A stretch of 64,000 nt of DNA from Planctomycetota bacterium. GTDB taxonomy: Bacteria > Planctomycetota > GCA-002687715 > DRQF01. Positions 9,138-18,542 of this stretch are shown here, piece by piece (within the stretch, counting starts at the first letter, position 1; every line of letters starts with the position of its first letter). The notes beneath the pieces were generated by a model. It was not told where the DNA came from and did not search any database. It was given only the letters and a program-made list of their open reading frames with translations. The stretch is from positions 754 through 64,753 of the forward strand of contig JALTLO010000177.1 of assembly GCA_027001995.1 (NCBI GenBank). Reading direction: 5' to 3'. The position numbers and the translations under genes are program-made.

Positions 9138-10325
9138 TTAGTAGCTGCCTGTCACTCCACCTTCGGTTGTCTTTCCTTTACGAGCGCCCGTGATTCCACC
9201 AAACGCTTTGCGTTTGTGATCAAGGGAGACTTCGATTTCAGCATCTTTCGGTACACGCACGGTGACCGGACTAAAACCGCCGCCTCAGCACCCACCAAAC
9301 TTGGCCGTCTTGATTTCCCGGCCTTTCTTGTCTTTGATGACAAATTTAGGTGGTGCTCCGTCTGGGACCCAGTTGTAATATTCCTCACCGGCCTTACCGT
9401 AGAACCAAAGGCTCTGCGGTGAGAAGGTGATTTCTTCGCCATTGCGTGTGTATTCGAATTCGGCGCGGATTGGCGCGCCCCACGCGAATACAGATGGCTC
9501 GTCCGCTGTGACGCGGATAGGCTTGGCTGTACCACCCTTAATAAGAGCAGACTCCTTACCCATAGTGATTTTGCCTGCAGCGATCGAGTAGAGACCCTCT
9601 GGGACGAGGAATCCTTTTTTCGCTGAAGCCATGTTGAAGGAATAGTCACCATTCTCAGAAACTACGATTGCAGCAGTGAGTTTGGCTTTTGCTTTGTACT
9701 TGGCGCGCAGGTTGAGAAGACCAGCTTTACCAGAGTAGGGCTTGTAAGAAATCTTTGAACCATTTTCAGGGACTTCGATTTCGAAAAGCTCACCCTTGAC
9801 GCTGATCACGCGCGACAAGAAAGAAGCGACATCCGTTTTGCCTACGACCATAGCGTCTTCACCGAAATCGTTGAAGCGGCCATTGTTGTTTTGGTCGATG
9901 AGCTTAACTTGTACACCGTTGACTTTACCGACATGGGCACCGGAAGATGACCACTTCCAACCGCCCTTGTTTTGAAGGCGGACTGTGTACTTGAACTTTG
10001 TGCCGTTGGCATCTTTACCCTTGAGGGTAAGAAGGCCACCGACGCCTTTGGCTTTTTCATCCACTTTGCCGTCTGCATTGCAGTCGACTGCCAAGGCCAT
10101 GCCATCGATTTCAGCTTTGAAGCCGTCACCAATTTGAATGGACCCTGCAACAGGGGTGAAAGTTTCCTTAGGCAAGAGAATATTCCACTTCGAATACGAG
10201 GTGTACTTCATCTTCGCAACTTGCACTTGATCGTCTTCATTGTTCGCGGCCGCGAAGTTTGAGACGTAAGCGAAGCAACCCAAGAGAGCAGCTGTCGTAA
10301 GAAGTGAACCGATGAATTTCTTCAT
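9138..10325 (-). CDS. Exported protein of unknown family, predicted selenoprotein (UGA at 9287-9285 read as Sec; 395 aa, ...KFGGC-U-GGGFSP...)
   Basis: AGGAGG RBS at 10337-10332, signal peptide and DxNxDG-type Ca-binding-like loops. The in-frame TGA after Cys is followed by 48 open codons to TAA 9140-9138, a SECIS-like hairpin and then the terminator. The CDS is well supported; the readthrough is inferred. Confidence 0.75.
9234..9278 (-). promoter_or_regulatory. Putative bacterial SECIS element
   Basis: mRNA after the UGA reads GGCGGC GGUUUUAGU C CGGU CAC CGUGC GUG U ACCG AAAGAU GCUGAAAUC. It has a lower stem (9 bp, 3 wobbles), an internal loop and an upper stem with a bulged U. The 5-nt loop has GU at positions 2-3 and starts 24 nt after the UGA. 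Confidence 0.6.
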
Positions 10326-10612
10326 AACGGTCCTCCTAGGATTAATAAAATTACAACACGTGTTTGTGATCGGGATGGTTGGTTAGGAAGGGATTCCGCC
10401 GCTCATCTCTCTCACTCCCGAAGACTAAACTATTTACGATGCAGAAATAGCACTATTCTCAGTCTATTGTGCGGGAAGAAATGATTACCGATCGCCATAA
10501 ACGCTTGGTAGGATTTCTGTTGTAGAGCGATTTTGCTCGGTTATCCCGTCTCATTCATGAGATTGTGGTCGTGAATTATTCGGGTCAGGGGCCCCTAGGG
10601 AGATCTTTTGCC

Positions 10613-11164
10613 ATGAATAAGAACGCTCAGGCCCGTTTGGGCGACATTCGCTGTCTCCAGGGGGACATAACCGACTGTGAGGTGGACGCGATTGTAAATG
10701 CGGCCAATTCCTCGTTGATGGGGGGCGGGGGAGTCGATGGAGCGATCCATCGCGCTGCAGGCCCTGCCTTGGTTCATGCCTGCCGCGCTCTTCAGCCTCC
10801 GGGCTGCGAAACCGGGGAGGCCAGAATCACATCAGCTTTTGACCTCAAAGCTCAGTTTGTCATTCATACAGTGGGGCCGGTTTATCGGGACGGAAGCGTG
10901 GGCGAATCAGCACTTTTGGCCTCCTGCTACCGCTCTTGTGTGAAGTTGGCTGCGCAAAACGATATCCAGACGATGGCATTCCCGGCAATCTCCTGTGGAA
11001 TCTTCGGTTACCCGGTGGGAGAGGCTGCTGCGATTGCTCTTACAAGCCTCGCTGAAGCTTTGGGAGAAAACCCAGATGTTTCCCATATTTCGATGGTGCT
11101 GTTCGAGGAAGAGGTCTACCGGATTTTTCAGGAAACTCACAAACTCCTTGGAGCCGGATCCTAA
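10613..11164 (+). CDS. Macro domain protein, O-acetyl-ADP-ribose deacetylase (YmdB-like)
   Basis: GDIT, IVNAANSSLMGGGGVDGAIHRAAG, VIHTVGP and AFPAISCGIFGYP. GGAGA before ATG 10613. Confidence 0.92.
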   Translation: MNKNAQARLGDIRCLQGDITDCEVDAIVNAANSSLMGGGGVDGAIHRAAGPALVHACRALQPPGCETGEARITSAFDLKAQFVIHTVGPVYRDGSVGESALLASCYRSCVKLAAQNDIQTMAFPAISCGIFGYPVGEAAAIALTSLAEALGENPDVSHISMVLFEEEVYRIFQETHKLLGAGS

Positions 11165-11282
11165 TACAGGTCTTCTGTCTACTTCACGACTTCGGGGCCG
11201 CGATCTTGTGACTTAGTCGAGTTTATCTTGGCCTTGTTTTCCTTTTGTGAATTTTTTTGGATTGGGGGCCGATAAGGGCCTC

Positions 11283-12317
11283 ATGACATCCGATTTAGTC
11301 TTAGAAACAACACCGTCTCTCCTTGTTGACCAAACCCCTGAATCTCGCCTTGGGTTAGAAAGAGCCGCTCGGCGCCGTGAACTTGAGGGAAAGCCCCAGT
11401 TCTTTGGCGATGGGCGCAAATGGATCCCATTTCAAATGATGGATCCGGCTCTTAGGATCGCCCGAGGCGTTCTTTCTCTTGCTGGGGTGTATCGTCCTTT
11501 GGCCTCCCGGGCTACGAAAATCAACGTGGTCGAAAATGAAGTTTACCTCCGTGGGGTGAAGCCTGGAGTCGAAGGGGCCCGTATTCTCCATCTTTCGGAT
11601 TTGCACATTGATGGTTCTCCTGGGTTGGGCAAACGTTTGGCTGAGGCTTGTGCTGAAATTGACTTTGATGTTGCTGTTTTGACGGGAGATCTGCGCCTTG
11701 AGATCAAGGGAGATTTCACCCCAGTACTTGAGGAATTGGCGCCTCTCATCGAAGTTCTCAACGGTTGCGAGCACGGGGTTTTTGCTATCTTGGGCAATCA
11801 CGATGAGTTGGACATGGTGGCGCCCATCGAGAGTATGGGCGCGACCTACTTACTAAATGAATCCTGTGGAATCGAAATGGGCTATGACCAGCTTTACCTA
11901 GCGGGCGTTGATGACGCTCATTTCTTCGGCACGGATGATATCGATTCGTCTTTGCAGCAGGTGCCGGCGGATGAAACTTGCCTCTTTCTTTGCCATAGCC
12001 CTGATCTCATTCAGGAGGCAGCAGAGAAATACTGCGATATGTATCTATGTGGTCATACCCACGGTGGGCAGATTTGTTTACCAGGTGGCAAGCCAATCGT
12101 TTCGAATGCCAGCGTGTCTCGGCGGTTCTGCACCGGACCATGGTTGCTTGGAGGTATGCGAGGTTATACATCCCGAGGAATTGGGTTTTCCGGTATTCCA
12201 TTCCGTACCCATTGTGATGCCGAGCTGATTGTTCATGTGATCAAACGAGAGCGAAGAGGAAGTCAGCGTCTGTTATGTGAAGAGATAGCAGAGCAAGAGC
12301 TTTTCGACGACGCCTAA
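11283..12317 (+). CDS. Calcineurin-like metallophosphoesterase (YkuE/YaeI-like)
   Basis: HLSDLH, LTGD, LGNHD, CHSPD and GHTHGGQ motifs. Start uncertain (11247 or 11283). Confidence 0.88.
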   Translation: MTSDLVLETTPSLLVDQTPESRLGLERAARRRELEGKPQFFGDGRKWIPFQMMDPALRIARGVLSLAGVYRPLASRATKINVVENEVYLRGVKPGVEGARILHLSDLHIDGSPGLGKRLAEACAEIDFDVAVLTGDLRLEIKGDFTPVLEELAPLIEVLNGCEHGVFAILGNHDELDMVAPIESMGATYLLNESCGIEMGYDQLYLAGVDDAHFFGTDDIDSSLQQVPADETCLFLCHSPDLIQEAAEKYCDMYLCGHTHGGQICLPGGKPIVSNASVSRRFCTGPWLLGGMRGYTSRGIGFSGIPFRTHCDAELIVHVIKRERRGSQRLLCEEIAEQELFDDA

Positions 12318-12684
12318 GAACTCCCACCCGACTCTTTCATGAGTTCTTGATTCTTTTCTTGGAAAATGCCTTTGGGACCACCGATTGGCCACGAAGCTTG
12401 AATGCAAAACAAGCCCGTCAAAATATTACATTATCCCTGCGTATCGTCCTAACTCAGATCGTTTTTTGACTTTGTCTTTCGACCAAGATCGTCAAGGGAG
12501 TGCCCTGGGTTGTGCAAGTTGTCGCAGCTTCCCTCAGTCTGAAAATATCTTGAGATTGTTCGACAGAATCTTTGTCGTAAGACGTCATGTGTCTGAGGGG
12601 CGAGAATGTAGTTCGCCCTCTTCGTTTCTTGTCGTGACTTCTTGTGCAAGTAAAGTAGCGACTGTGCCCACGCCAGAAGGATCT

Positions 12685-14148
12685 ATGAATTTGAACTGGA
12701 CCCGACTGCTCCGTCCATGGACCCCAAGGAAGCCGATTGCGTTCTTGTCTGCTGAGAAGACCAACTTGGCTTTGCCGTGGACGTACCTGCTACTATTTTT
12801 CTGCCTGTCTATGCCTAGCCAAGGGCAGGGAGGGCCGAGTCTTCTCATCACATCTCAGGATATTCGTGATTTGAATGAGTTGGTCGCCAACCAGCATGTA
12901 TTTCCCTATGGTTCTGTTTCTAAAGTGGGGCAAGATGCTTTTTTTGCTCACCTGGCAGGAAAAGTTGGGAAGTGGTCGCAGTCTCGCATTCTTGTCGAAA
13001 TGATGCGGGGCATTGCCGAGCTGAAGTGTGGGAAAACAGAATTGATCTTGCCCAAAGGGGTTCTGCCTCGCTTGCCTTTGTCCTTTCAGGCATTTGCGGA
13101 TGGGCTTTTCGTTTCTTGTGCTCAAGAGCCATTTCGAGATCTTCTTGGTTGTCGTTTTGTAAGCCTCAATTTGCGCTCAGCGGAGGAAGTGACGAGGAAG
13201 TTGTCGGAACTCATAGCCCATGAGAATCAGAGCGCTGCCAACCATGGGACAGGGCATCTTTTGGCGATCCCTCATATCTTGGATGGCCTGGGTCTATTAG
13301 GAAATCGTAAAACTTGTCATTTTGTCTTCGCCCATGAATCTGGAAGAAAACTGAGCCGCACATGGACTGTGAGTGATTGGTCTCTCGCAGTGCACAGAAA
13401 GATCAATGCGCCGAAGTTCCTTCACGTGGCCAAAGTGAAAGATCGTTTGCGATTTCAAGCTTTGGGCCAAGCCCTTTGGTCTTCCCACTTACCGAAGAAA
13501 AAAACTCTCTATGTCCGTTACTCTCGGGCAGAGGATCTCCCTGGTCAAGTAAGCATTGCTTTAGCGACTCAGAAAATCTTAAGGCGTATGCAAGAGAACG
13601 ATGTCGAGCGATTGGTGTTGGATATTCGCGTCTTAAATAGTGGCCATTGTGCACTGAACCGGACCCTTATTGAGGGGCTCGAGAAATCCGCCAAATTCAA
13701 TCGCCCCGGTGGACTCTTTGTTTTGATCGGAAGTGAAACCAAAGCTGCTGGGGTTCATTTAGCTTTTGCATTGGAAGCCAAGACTCAGGCCGTTTTTGTT
13801 GGGCAAGCGACGGGGCAAGGATCTGACCATTACGCCGAGCCTGCGGTTTTTCGTCTTCCTGACAGTGGCCTGCAAGTTTGTTTGCCGCAGACACATTGGT
13901 CGCTGACTTCACCTGCCCAAAGGCGAGACGCCTTGTATCCAGATGTTTTGGTCAAGAATACTTTTGCAAGTTTTGTTGCCGGGAATGATCCTTGTCTTGT
14001 TGCCGTTAGTGCTTTTGAGATAAACAAGAAACCGGACATTGCCGCAGCGATCAAGAGCCGCCAACGATCAAAGCGTCCAATTCAATACCTGGGTCATCTG
14101 AGGCGTCCATCCCAAGAGATGTTAGAGATGCGCAACGGTCGCTTTTGA
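12685..14148 (+). CDS. S41-peptidase-like protein with a degenerate active site
   Basis: LVLDIRVLNSG, LFVLIGSETKAAG, FVGQATG, FRLPDSGLQV and YPDV..TF..F.AGNDP match the S41 layout. GAAGGA before ATG 12685; start uncertain. Confidence 0.65.
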   Translation: MNLNWTRLLRPWTPRKPIAFLSAEKTNLALPWTYLLLFFCLSMPSQGQGGPSLLITSQDIRDLNELVANQHVFPYGSVSKVGQDAFFAHLAGKVGKWSQSRILVEMMRGIAELKCGKTELILPKGVLPRLPLSFQAFADGLFVSCAQEPFRDLLGCRFVSLNLRSAEEVTRKLSELIAHENQSAANHGTGHLLAIPHILDGLGLLGNRKTCHFVFAHESGRKLSRTWTVSDWSLAVHRKINAPKFLHVAKVKDRLRFQALGQALWSSHLPKKKTLYVRYSRAEDLPGQVSIALATQKILRRMQENDVERLVLDIRVLNSGHCALNRTLIEGLEKSAKFNRPGGLFVLIGSETKAAGVHLAFALEAKTQAVFVGQATGQGSDHYAEPAVFRLPDSGLQVCLPQTHWSLTSPAQRRDALYPDVLVKNTFASFVAGNDPCLVAVSAFEINKKPDIAAAIKSRQRSKRPIQYLGHLRRPSQEMLEMRNGRF

Positions 14149-14185
14149 ACCGGCGAAAGGAATTGTTGTCGCGGTGCAAAGACCC

Positions 14186-15121
14186 TCAAGGTAATCTTCT
14201 GAATTTCTCGATGATCTTTGCCAACTCGGCAATCGTCTTGGGTGATGTGCGACAGCAACCTCCAATCCCAGCCACCCCTAATTTCAGCCATTTTTCGGCC
14301 TCGATTAAGAGGTCACTGGCCTCATTTGAGGCAGTCCATTTTCCTCTGTTGTAAACTTCGCCACTGTTGGGATAAACGAAAATGGGTTTCTTGCTTTTGC
14401 CAAGGGCCAGTTTGAGAGCCTGAGTTGCCAAAGGTGGCGCCAGGCAATTGACGCCGATGGCAACCAAGTTGTCGTAGGCTTCAAGTTGGAGAATTAAGTC
14501 GTGAAATCTGTCGCCATTGGCTAAGCACTCAGGGTCTCGAAGTTGGAAACTGAGCCAGAACTCCCATGCGGGAAAATCTCTCATGCGCTGGGCGATGGCT
14601 AATGCTTCATCCCCTCGGGGGATGGTCTCAAAAGCGAAGACATCCGCTTTCGTTGTTGACAAAACTCGCATCCGCTCATCGTGTAGATTCATGATTTGAT
14701 CGATACCATGGGCACCGTAGTTGCCGGTGTATTCTGATCCGTCTCCTAAGGTGGCTCCGAACGGTCCCAGGGAGGCAGCGACGAAGAATTGCTCTTCACG
14801 TCCAGGGTGCAGCTGTTTGATACTCTGTTTGGCGATTGCGATGGACTTCCTGAGCAAGTCGTCGGCCGCACTCTTGGAAAAACCCATGGCTGCCAGGGTG
14901 TCATGGGAGAATTGGTAGCTGGACGAGCTGATGACTTGAGACCCGGACCTTAGGAATTGTTCGTGGGCCCAGCGAATCTCTTCTGGTGCTTCGATGAGGA
15001 GCTTGGCTGACCAAAGATGGGAGTCCAATTGAGCGCCGTGGGATTCTAAAGTTGTGGCCAAACCTCCATCCAAGAGAATCGGTCCATTTTCTTCTATGAA
15101 TTGGCCCAAGGGGAGAGGCAT
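14186..15121 (-). CDS. mmuM: Homocysteine S-methyltransferase
   Basis: LLDGGLATTLE, LWSAKLL, AASLGPFGATLGDGSEYTG, AFETIP, GVNC, YPNSGE and GGCCRT (zinc ligands). ATG 15121 is 1 nt after the upstream stop. Confidence 0.92.
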   Translation of the reverse strand: MPLPLGQFIEENGPILLDGGLATTLESHGAQLDSHLWSAKLLIEAPEEIRWAHEQFLRSGSQVISSSSYQFSHDTLAAMGFSKSAADDLLRKSIAIAKQSIKQLHPGREEQFFVAASLGPFGATLGDGSEYTGNYGAHGIDQIMNLHDERMRVLSTTKADVFAFETIPRGDEALAIAQRMRDFPAWEFWLSFQLRDPECLANGDRFHDLILQLEAYDNLVAIGVNCLAPPLATQALKLALGKSKKPIFVYPNSGEVYNRGKWTASNEASDLLIEAEKWLKLGVAGIGGCCRTSPKTIAELAKIIEKFRRLP

Positions 15122-15122
15122 G

Positions 15123-18100
15123 CTATTGCAACCAGGAAGGGCGCGTGCTGTTTTCTTGCTGCAAGAGGGCCCGGTACTCTCTGGCTGCTTCTTTGACATG
15201 CTCTGGGGCAATGGTGTAGGTGGCGATGATCTGTTTGCTTCCCCGAACACCCAAACCGTACTCGTTGTACTGATTAAAACGAACGACGCTGAGCCAGACT
15301 TTGTCATTCACTTTCAGCGCTCCCATGGCCCTGAGACCAAAAAGGGCCAAGGCTTGCCGCCAAGGATCTTGGGAGACCTGTACTGATCTGACATCCACGA
15401 TGAGGTGGAGACCGTGATCGCGGCGTAAAGACGTGGACGCCATGGAAACGCCGTGTTCCTGGGCCTGGCTTTGGGTGAGTTTGCTGCCATCGACAATCTG
15501 TGCTCCAGAGTGGCGCTCGAAACGACCGTCAGCACGTTCTTTCTTCATCTTTTCGTTTTGCTCGAAGAGAAAAGTCTGAGATCGCACTAAGGGAGCAATT
15601 TCGGAGACGAGGGCTTGGCCGATGGCTCGAATGAGGTGAGATCGAAGGTGTCGGTCTCCGAGGAAGTTGTAGGGGTACAGGCGGGGGAGCTGGTCGCCCA
15701 TGAGATCTTCTATCTTGATCAAAGGTATCTTCAGTTCTGACAAGACTTTCCGTGCGACTCTCATATCTTCTTTTCGACCATAGATGGGGAGCTTCTCTCC
15801 ATCAGCTGTGATTCTGTCGATGGCGGTGATGTCTAAGAACAATGGCGCAATCAACTTCGCTTGGCAGTAAGCCGTGATCTCAGTGAGGGCGTCGCGGATT
15901 GTCTGGGTTCTTGATCTACTTGTTACCTTGACAGAGCCGATGCGTATCTTGGGCAATCGTCCAGCCCAACGATCAATGATGGGCCGCTGGGCTTCGTCCC
16001 GCATAATGGCGGGCCATCGTTCAACGATGGTCTCGATGTCCTTCTCTGTGGATTCAGGGGAGCCCAAGGACGCTAAGTCCAAAACGATGACAGCAATGTT
16101 TAAGTCTTGAGGGTCTAAGTCCAAGAGTGTTGCATAAATGGATATGAGGTCGCCATTGGCCATGGACATGTTGACACCTTCAACATGAAAAGGGCCGTCT
16201 GCGTTCTGGCGTTGGTAGGCATTTTCGAATGACCGGGCGAAGGACATGGACGATGCGAGGCCCTGGGGACGAATGACGTCACCGGGCCAGACAGCCCCAG
16301 AAATGGAGCTACCAAAAAAACCTACTCTTATGGTCGATCCAACCCGATGGCGCATGGTATGACCCATGGCAGTCAACGATTGCGATTCTGGGTCTGGTGG
16401 TGTGCCATAAATCCAATTGAAACGCATGACCCGTGTTGAATCCAGTTGCCTCCAACCCTGCCAGTGGCTGAATATCTGTCCCGTTTCTTGGTTGATGCAA
16501 ACGATGTCACCGGGTTTGATGGGCCGCTTGGTGTTTTCATCAAGGACGATTCCGGTTTCAGCGGGCCATAACAGTGCATAAGCTACCCGAGCTGCGGCGT
16601 TCATATTCCACAGAGATGAGAAACTCTCCTCTTGGATCATGGGGCTCAAAGAGCCTTTTGACTTGGGGGCAAACCCCGGGGCTTCAATCAAGACGCGATT
16701 TTTCTGATTTAAAGCGAAAACCTGGCGGGCCCCGGAGATGGGGATCTGGTCTTCTTTGGGACTGATTTGCACCAATCCCTTTGACTGGAAGATTTTTCGC
16801 CACGCCAATGCAGCATCCTTGTCTTCGTTACCAAAGTAGTTTTTGATCTTGCTGATATCACCGGTCAGAAAGTCCTTCAGTTGAAAGGAACACAAACCCG
16901 TAGCCCTTGGCCCTTGGGCAATGGTGTTAATCAGGACAAAGATCTCATCGTCTTCATTGACAGAGAACGATCGGATAGTCTGATGATCGGGGACCTGGAA
17001 ATGATCATTCCAAGTCATGGTATCAGTTTCTAAGCTCCAGACTCTCTTACTCGATGGGCCGAATATGATGATGCGGTTTTTCCTCATTGCTGTCACCAAA
17101 CGATCTTCTCGCCAAGGAAACTTTTGGGGGATCTTGGTGACCTCTTGAGGTCCATTTAGGTTAAAGCGAAGAATCTCTCCGTTGGAGCAAAAAATGAGCG
17201 CAGATCCTGGTTTTTCCTGGACGATGGCTGAGATCGTCTTGAACGGCTCGCTCTCGAAAGCAATGGTCTGCACGCTCGACATAGACAGATTGACCAAGCG
17301 TAGGTGAGGGCCATCGTCCCCAGGTTCACTCAGCAGAACGTGATTGGGCGTCAAGAAAGCCCCATGGTCAAAAGAGTGAATTGTGGCGTTGTGACCAAAT
17401 CCGTCTTGGGCCTTGGAACCATCCGCTATGACGCCTGGGGTCGCTTGGGGATAGGGTTGGGACGAAGGAATGGCCAGGCTCGCCAGGATTCTTTGGGCCA
17501 GGATTTGGTTGCCTACGGGGGTGAGATGGCAATGGTCAAGAAAATCGCTGTTCTTGAATGTCTTGTCGTCGAAGTGTCTGGAAACGTGGAGGTGGGTGTT
17601 ATTCCGGGGATCTCCTTGGGTGAGGATTTCTGTCTGTCGATGGAGAATCAACTGAGCCTTTGCGATCTGGATGGGATGCCGGCTCAGACCAAATTTTTCA
17701 CCGTTAATGGGGGTCGTGAAGAACAGGCTTCGGCGTTTGTTTTTCTCTAGTGCTTGGGCGATTCTGCGAAGGGCTCTGATTTGGCCTGATTCTTTGTGGC
17801 TGTTGGATTCCAAGAAATGCTGGGCGATTCGTAGCGAGCTGGAATCTGCTGCTGTTTTCCTTGGTCCTTCAAGGAAGCTTTCTTCTGGATGGCGAAGGGG
17901 GTCATTCATCTGGCGGCGAAGGGGTGTGAGCCCCAGGCGATGGCGAACCAAGGACAAGCGCTTCAAGTGCGTCACGATGTTGTCCTTCTTACGCTTGTTG
18001 TCTTGGAGTGTTTCAAGCCAAGGGCGGGCGAAGGAAGTTGGGGTGGTGGCATAGCTGGCGGAGAGATAGCGGGGCGACAACTCGATGACAATTTCGATTC

Positions 18101-18542
18101 TTTGATTGAGGTCAATGGCGTCCAGAGAACTGAGGATGACTTCCATGTCACTGGGCAACATGCCGTCCAATGACAGGTCGTAGAATGCCACAGACCCTGT
18201 AGCCAAAAGCCTGGCCCAGTAGGCAGGTGTTTCCCTGCTTGGAAGCCCGTGTTCTCTGAGAACATGCCCTCTCATGACAGAGTCGCCCAAGAACAGGACA
18301 ACACGATCCGACGCGTCTTGAGAAGCCTTGTTGAGTGTGTCCAAAACATCGTATTGGCCAGTGGGGTCATCGTGCTGGAAGGGCTTGGACTGAGTTTGGG
18401 TTCGGTTGAGGAAAAAGAGCAAAAATGCCCCGACACTGACCAATAGCAAGGTACTTTTCCATGGGGAAACCTCTCGAAGGAGCCCTTCGAACTCTCTATC
18501 GTCGTCGTGCTGGCAATCTTGTTTCATCTGGGCAGTGCTCAA
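15123..18542 (-). CDS. Large membrane-anchored protein with two SGNH-like domains and a central NHL/beta-propeller-like region
   Basis: N-terminal TM helix, LFLGDSV...FLDHCHLTPVGN, and a second domain GFFGSSI...GDRHL. The TTG start overlaps the MBOAT stop. Confidence 0.65.
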   Translation of the reverse strand: MSTAQMKQDCQHDDDREFEGLLREVSPWKSTLLLVSVGAFLLFFLNRTQTQSKPFQHDDPTGQYDVLDTLNKASQDASDRVVLFLGDSVMRGHVLREHGLPSRETPAYWARLLATGSVAFYDLSLDGMLPSDMEVILSSLDAIDLNQRIEIVIELSPRYLSASYATTPTSFARPWLETLQDNKRKKDNIVTHLKRLSLVRHRLGLTPLRRQMNDPLRHPEESFLEGPRKTAADSSSLRIAQHFLESNSHKESGQIRALRRIAQALEKNKRRSLFFTTPINGEKFGLSRHPIQIAKAQLILHRQTEILTQGDPRNNTHLHVSRHFDDKTFKNSDFLDHCHLTPVGNQILAQRILASLAIPSSQPYPQATPGVIADGSKAQDGFGHNATIHSFDHGAFLTPNHVLLSEPGDDGPHLRLVNLSMSSVQTIAFESEPFKTISAIVQEKPGSALIFCSNGEILRFNLNGPQEVTKIPQKFPWREDRLVTAMRKNRIIIFGPSSKRVWSLETDTMTWNDHFQVPDHQTIRSFSVNEDDEIFVLINTIAQGPRATGLCSFQLKDFLTGDISKIKNYFGNEDKDAALAWRKIFQSKGLVQISPKEDQIPISGARQVFALNQKNRVLIEAPGFAPKSKGSLSPMIQEESFSSLWNMNAAARVAYALLWPAETGIVLDENTKRPIKPGDIVCINQETGQIFSHWQGWRQLDSTRVMRFNWIYGTPPDPESQSLTAMGHTMRHRVGSTIRVGFFGSSISGAVWPGDVIRPQGLASSMSFARSFENAYQRQNADGPFHVEGVNMSMANGDLISIYATLLDLDPQDLNIAVIVLDLASLGSPESTEKDIETIVERWPAIMRDEAQRPIIDRWAGRLPKIRIGSVKVTSRSRTQTIRDALTEITAYCQAKLIAPLFLDITAIDRITADGEKLPIYGRKEDMRVARKVLSELKIPLIKIEDLMGDQLPRLYPYNFLGDRHLRSHLIRAIGQALVSEIAPLVRSQTFLFEQNEKMKKERADGRFERHSGAQIVDGSKLTQSQAQEHGVSMASTSLRRDHGLHLIVDVRSVQVSQDPWRQALALFGLRAMGALKVNDKVWLSVVRFNQYNEYGLGVRGSKQIIATYTIAPEHVKEAAREYRALLQQENSTRPSWLQ

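Noticed and set aside
9152..9652. 166-aa minus-strand ORF overlapping the selenoprotein 3' end, as a frameshift alternative
   Set aside because: It is in a different frame with Ser/Arg-rich shadow composition and no slippery site was noticed. In-frame readthrough explains the region better.
10355..10364. Perfect palindrome AACACGTGTT upstream of the selenoprotein RBS
   Set aside because: A single 10-bp palindrome is expected by chance in 64 kb, and no second copy was noticed.
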